IMG/VR virus record: IMGVR_UViG_3300017914_002346
Length of the DNA: 64,000 nucleotides
Reading direction: 5' to 3' (one strand)
Source: a virus
Taxonomy: Duplodnaviria > Caudoviricetes
The notes beneath the pieces are model-generated. The model was not told where the DNA came from and did no database searches. It saw only the letters and a program-made list of their open reading frames with translations. The position numbers were made by a program, and so were the translations under genes. Below, one piece after another: positions 60,831 through 64,000 of this stretch (the stretch's first letter is position 1; every line of letters starts with the position of its first letter).

Positions 60831-61418
60831 TTATTGTCCTGTTATAGTATTATACACCTCTTTCCAGCTAGACATAACTGGAATTCCGTCAGTATCTTCA
60901 GTTTTAAGATGAATATGCTTAATGAGAAGTGATTCTAAACCAAATTTCTTACCACATTTAGCATTTTCTACTTTATCTTCTAACCAAAATGCACCAGGAT
61001 ACAGATTTGCAAAATATTCTAATGCTTCATCCTTATCTGCACCAGTATCTAAAAAGACAAACTCGTCAAAAACAGTATCTCCAAAGATTTTCTTAAGATT
61101 TTTTTCACGTAATCTATGAGCATACTTGTTAAGACTTAATGAAGTGATACATATAAAAGTATATCCGTGTTCTTCGTAGAGTTTTCTAACATATTTTACT
61201 GAATCATACAACGGTGGTAAGTATCCAATGTTAGCAGACCCGTTAAAATCTCTAACATAACGTTTCATTCTATCTTTATCAATATTGTAACGTTCTACTT
61301 GATCATAAACTCGAGTATCTCCTTCAGGAAAGATGCCTTGTTCTTGCATCATCCAGAAATCAAAAGGATCTCTCCAGTTAAGTAATACTCCATCACAATC
61401 AGTTAATATAACAGTCAT
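60831..61418 (-). CDS. HAD-family phosphatase / 5'-nucleotidase-like
   Basis: DCDGVL motif I, ITS, K, LEDK. Confidence 0.8.
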   Translation of the reverse strand: MTVILTDCDGVLLNWRDPFDFWMMQEQGIFPEGDTRVYDQVERYNIDKDRMKRYVRDFNGSANIGYLPPLYDSVKYVRKLYEEHGYTFICITSLSLNKYAHRLREKNLKKIFGDTVFDEFVFLDTGADKDEALEYFANLYPGAFWLEDKVENAKCGKKFGLESLLIKHIHLKTEDTDGIPVMSSWKEVYNTITGQ

Positions 61419-61958
61419 TTATTTCTCCCATCTATAAAAAATATGATCTTCAATTCTAACAGTCATCGTCTTTGTGACTGCCCATTCCGGTGTTACATAG
61501 TCTGCATGATAGTGAGTTGCTCCTTCAGTAAAGTCTTGAAACTGGTTATGGTAGACTTTGAATGCAATACTATATGCAAGACTTCTTATGTCATTATCAT
61601 AATAAGGAATTTCATCTGATTTTCCATCGCAATACCAACTAAAATGACAACGATGTCTGACAGGTACTTCTACTTCTATATCTTTCCATGAAGGTTTTGT
61701 AGGTCCCTGCTTGACTACTTCACAATATGAATGAGGAAACCTATCATCATAAACTCTATTTGCAGTTACTAATGCAACTGCCATCATACCCTTAACTGAT
61801 TGATTACGAGCTTCCCAGTAAATATTATCTGCTAAACAATTCAACTCATCTTCATACTTATGAAACGGGTGCGCATTAGCAGTACCAGCATTTGCATTAC
61901 TGAAGTAACCACCGATGAACGCAGCAGCAAACAATATTGTGAGAAGATCTCTAATCAT
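61419..61958 (-). CDS. SleB/CwlJ-type cell wall hydrolase (Hydrolase_2)
   Basis: CLADNIYWEARNQ, V.NRV...FP, FSWYCDG, GATHYHA.YV.P.W, HIFY; likely start MIRDLL. Confidence 0.9.
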   Translation of the reverse strand: MIRDLLTILFAAAFIGGYFSNANAGTANAHPFHKYEDELNCLADNIYWEARNQSVKGMMAVALVTANRVYDDRFPHSYCEVVKQGPTKPSWKDIEVEVPVRHRCHFSWYCDGKSDEIPYYDNDIRSLAYSIAFKVYHNQFQDFTEGATHYHADYVTPEWAVTKTMTVRIEDHIFYRWEK

Positions 61959-62326
61959 ACTACAACCCTTACATATACAGTTGAAGACTCTTCGTAGTAA
62001 CATTCCATATAAACCTGGAAATGCTCTAGAGACTCGAAGTCAGAAGAAACAAACTCAGTAGCGAATTCTAACTCTTCCTCATCTTCCATATCGATAAGAG
62101 TAGATGAAAGAACAATCTCTTCGATCTCTTCTACAGTCTTAACAGAAAACTCATCAGTTAGATCTGAGTTAGCAACCATATCATAATCATCTAACTCACC
62201 ACGTGAACCAATATCCAGAGAGTACACACCAGACTCTTTGAAGATATCTACATCTACATTGGGGAACTGATCTTCTACCTGAGAAGGGGTCATTTCAGTA
62301 AGCATTTCGATCTTGATATTTTTCAT
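61955..62326 (-). CDS. Highly acidic early protein
   Basis: About 33 D/E versus 6 K/R in 123 aa; AAGGAG SD; sigma70-type promoter upstream. Confidence 0.7.
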   Translation of the reverse strand: MKNIKIEMLTEMTPSQVEDQFPNVDVDIFKESGVYSLDIGSRGELDDYDMVANSDLTDEFSVKTVEEIEEIVLSSTLIDMEDEEELEFATEFVSSDFESLEHFQVYMECYYEESSTVYVRVVV

Positions 62327-62355
62327 AACTTTCTCCTTAATTCTTATTATACCTT

Positions 62356-62384
62356 ATTATAGCTACTTAAAAAGAAAAGATCAA
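62356..62384 (-). promoter_or_regulatory. Sigma70-type early promoter
   Basis: TTGATC-17 nt-TATAAT on the minus strand. Confidence 0.8.
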
Positions 62385-62386
62385 CT

Positions 62387-62409
62387 AAAAAAGGGCCTCG
62401 TAACCCCTT
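62387..62409 (-). terminator. Putative intrinsic terminator after iscA
   Basis: AAGGGGTTACGAGGCCCTT hairpin followed by a T run. Confidence 0.55.
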
Positions 62410-62452
62410 GTAAACATTGAATACTGGGAAAAAGTTGAAAAAAAAGTTACTT

Positions 62453-62734
62453 TTATACGGAAAAAGATTCACCACATCCACAAGATGCGGTAGCATTAGG
62501 GTTAATTACTTTAAGATAAGAACCACCTAATTCAGTCACATAATCAATAGTACAGCCTAATACAAACATTTCTGCCATAGGATCAACAACTAAATTAGCC
62601 ACTGTAGGACTATCATCTGTCACATCCCACACATATTGAAAGCCCGAACAACCACCACCTTTTACAGACAGATAAACATTAGGTTGCCCGACTTTCTCTA
62701 AATACTGTTTTGCTTCTTCAGTTACTGTTACCAT
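62453..62734 (-). CDS. iscA: A-type Fe-S cluster carrier (IscA/HesB family)
   Basis: VKGGGCSGFQY, IDY, NPNATASCGCGESF. Confidence 0.93.
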   Translation of the reverse strand: MVTVTEEAKQYLEKVGQPNVYLSVKGGGCSGFQYVWDVTDDSPTVANLVVDPMAEMFVLGCTIDYVTELGGSYLKVINPNATASCGCGESFSV

Positions 62735-63013
62735 CTATTTGAATATGTTGGGTGACCATTTACGAAGTTTTTTACGCTTCTCTACAATCATTTTAGGTAA
62801 TTCGTTTCTATCGATAAGTTCTTTCTCTACTAAGATATCCAACATAGTTCTTACATCAGCTATCTCTTGTTGTAGATTATAAACTGCAGCTGCTAATCGT
62901 TTCTTATCGATGTTATTTTTATCATTAGCAATACGAATGACTTTACTGCATGCCTGCACTAATTCACCACATTCTTCCATAGTACATACAAGCGCATCAG
63001 TGGTAGGGTTCAT
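62735..63013 (-). CDS. MazG-like NTP pyrophosphohydrolase
   Basis: EECGELVQA..QEIADV. Confidence 0.75.
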   Translation of the reverse strand: MNPTTDALVCTMEECGELVQACSKVIRIANDKNNIDKKRLAAAVYNLQQEIADVRTMLDILVEKELIDRNELPKMIVEKRKKLRKWSPNIFK

Positions 63014-63027
63014 AATATATCCTTATA

Positions 63028-63315
63028 TTATTTTATAAAACCTGTGTGAAACTCTGCTGACATCCACTGCTCAGCGTGAGATACTACATCCGAATCAGGG
63101 GATGTACCGGCTGTTGGATGAAACTTTTCTAATAGGTCGGTAATATTTTCAATTTGTGCTTCAGATTGATATACTCTAGAAGTTTCATCTGAATCGTCTT
63201 CAACAGTTCTTACATACTTAAGTAATTCAACTTGAAAATCAATGCCATCTGAATCCGCATCAGATTTTACCATGTTTAAAAAATCAATAGCATCTTGTTT
63301 AGTATTTAAAGCCAT
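63028..63315 (-). CDS. Hypothetical acidic late protein with 3 DSD motifs
   Basis: ATAAATA at 63340-63346, GGAG SD. Confidence 0.6.
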   Translation of the reverse strand: MALNTKQDAIDFLNMVKSDADSDGIDFQVELLKYVRTVEDDSDETSRVYQSEAQIENITDLLEKFHPTAGTSPDSDVVSHAEQWMSAEFHTGFIK

Positions 63316-63345
63316 TCTCTTTATCTCCGTTTGACGAACTATTTA

Positions 63346-63906
63346 TCACCACAGAACCATCTCGGTTTCATACTCGGTTAAAGGAATTATTTGTAACAAA
63401 GGAGTACCGGCCTCTATAACACAATCTTTCTCGTATAACTTAAAGAGAGGAGTGATTTTATTATGATGACGGTCTATGAGCTGTTCGTTAGTTGGGTTAA
63501 GAATACCAGAGTAACATCTGAGTAGTTCTTTATCTGGGTATGGAACAGGCATCATGAGAACTTTGCAATCGCTGTACATTCTCCATGGCATAGACATTTT
63601 ACAGAAATCTTCTGTGAAACCAAAAGACATTTCTTTATATTCAAAGACTGGTCCTTCCAATATGCTCTCAACACCTTTATACTTATCCTCAACTGTACCG
63701 ATATTATCTTTAACAGTAATAGTCCATGGCTGTCTCAGAATATATCCCGTGCGTAATAAGTCTATAATACCAGGACACTTTCTTACAGTAGGAGATTCCT
63801 TAGAGGCTTCTTGTAACCAATCATAAGTACGTACTGAAGCTTTCTCTATAGGATAGTCAACATCTATAATAGATTCAAATTTAATCCTTTGCACTACCCG
63901 ACTCAT
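63346..63906 (-). CDS. Hypothetical protein (possible dUTPase-like beta fold)
   Basis: T.RKCPG..D...GY..; AGTPLLQIIP. Confidence 0.5.
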   Translation of the reverse strand: MSRVVQRIKFESIIDVDYPIEKASVRTYDWLQEASKESPTVRKCPGIIDLLRTGYILRQPWTITVKDNIGTVEDKYKGVESILEGPVFEYKEMSFGFTEDFCKMSMPWRMYSDCKVLMMPVPYPDKELLRCYSGILNPTNEQLIDRHHNKITPLFKLYEKDCVIEAGTPLLQIIPLTEYETEMVLW

Positions 63907-64000
63907 TCTTTAACGTAGCCCATCTCTCATCTATACGGGTACGGCTATAAGGTGACCACATCTTCATTCTTTCTGAATAGTTCCATATAGCTCTAGAACC

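Noticed and set aside
926-63826. Many short antisense or alternative-frame ORFs in the track (e.g. 926..1123, 7222..7440, 22323..22664, 37749..38105, 57630..57938, 63554..63826)
   Set aside because: They lie within well-supported genes, have no recognisable motifs, and look like shadows of the coding strand
1-64000. tRNA/rRNA genes, alternative genetic code, diversity-generating retroelement
   Set aside because: Intergenic gaps are too short for RNA genes, genes read intact in the standard code with all three stop codons used, and no reverse transcriptase or TR/VR pair was seen

Overview
AT-rich (roughly 30% GC by eye) segment of a large T4-like myophage genome, probably aquatic or marine with a proteobacterial host (inference). 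It contains terminase gp16/gp17, neck and tail genes (gp14, gp15), a T4-type baseplate module (gp8, gp7, gp6, gp25, PAAR, gp5, gp27-like, gp53, gp48, gp4, tape-measure-like, gp26/gp51, gp54-like, gp2), holin plus lysozyme, ClpX, an exonuclease, gp33, gp59, gp32, a family of four paralogous fibre/adhesin genes, and accessory genes (HAD phosphatase, SleB-type hydrolase, IscA, MazG-like). The main signal is the tripeptide Asp-Ser-Asp (DSD, also DSE). By hand count it occurs about 88 times in known or putative virion proteins and about once in all non-structural proteins. Next to these genes lies a 12-kb cluster of 14 modification enzymes: 3 glycosyltransferases, 4 radical SAM, a carbamoyltransferase, 2 QueC-like, a methyltransferase-like, 2 oxygenase-like and an SGNH protein. 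Part of it is translationally coupled to the structural genes behind a late promoter. A Maf/sialyltransferase-like gene lies near the fibre genes. I propose a phage-encoded, sequon-directed system for modifying virion proteins, most likely O-glycosylation; this is inference. Other signals: a probable -1 programmed frameshift joining gp26 to gp51 just upstream of the tape-measure-like gene, probable leaderless late mRNAs, a candidate early DNA-mimic protein, and a possible overprinted lipoprotein gene. All calls come from motif recognition and gene order; no database searches were run.
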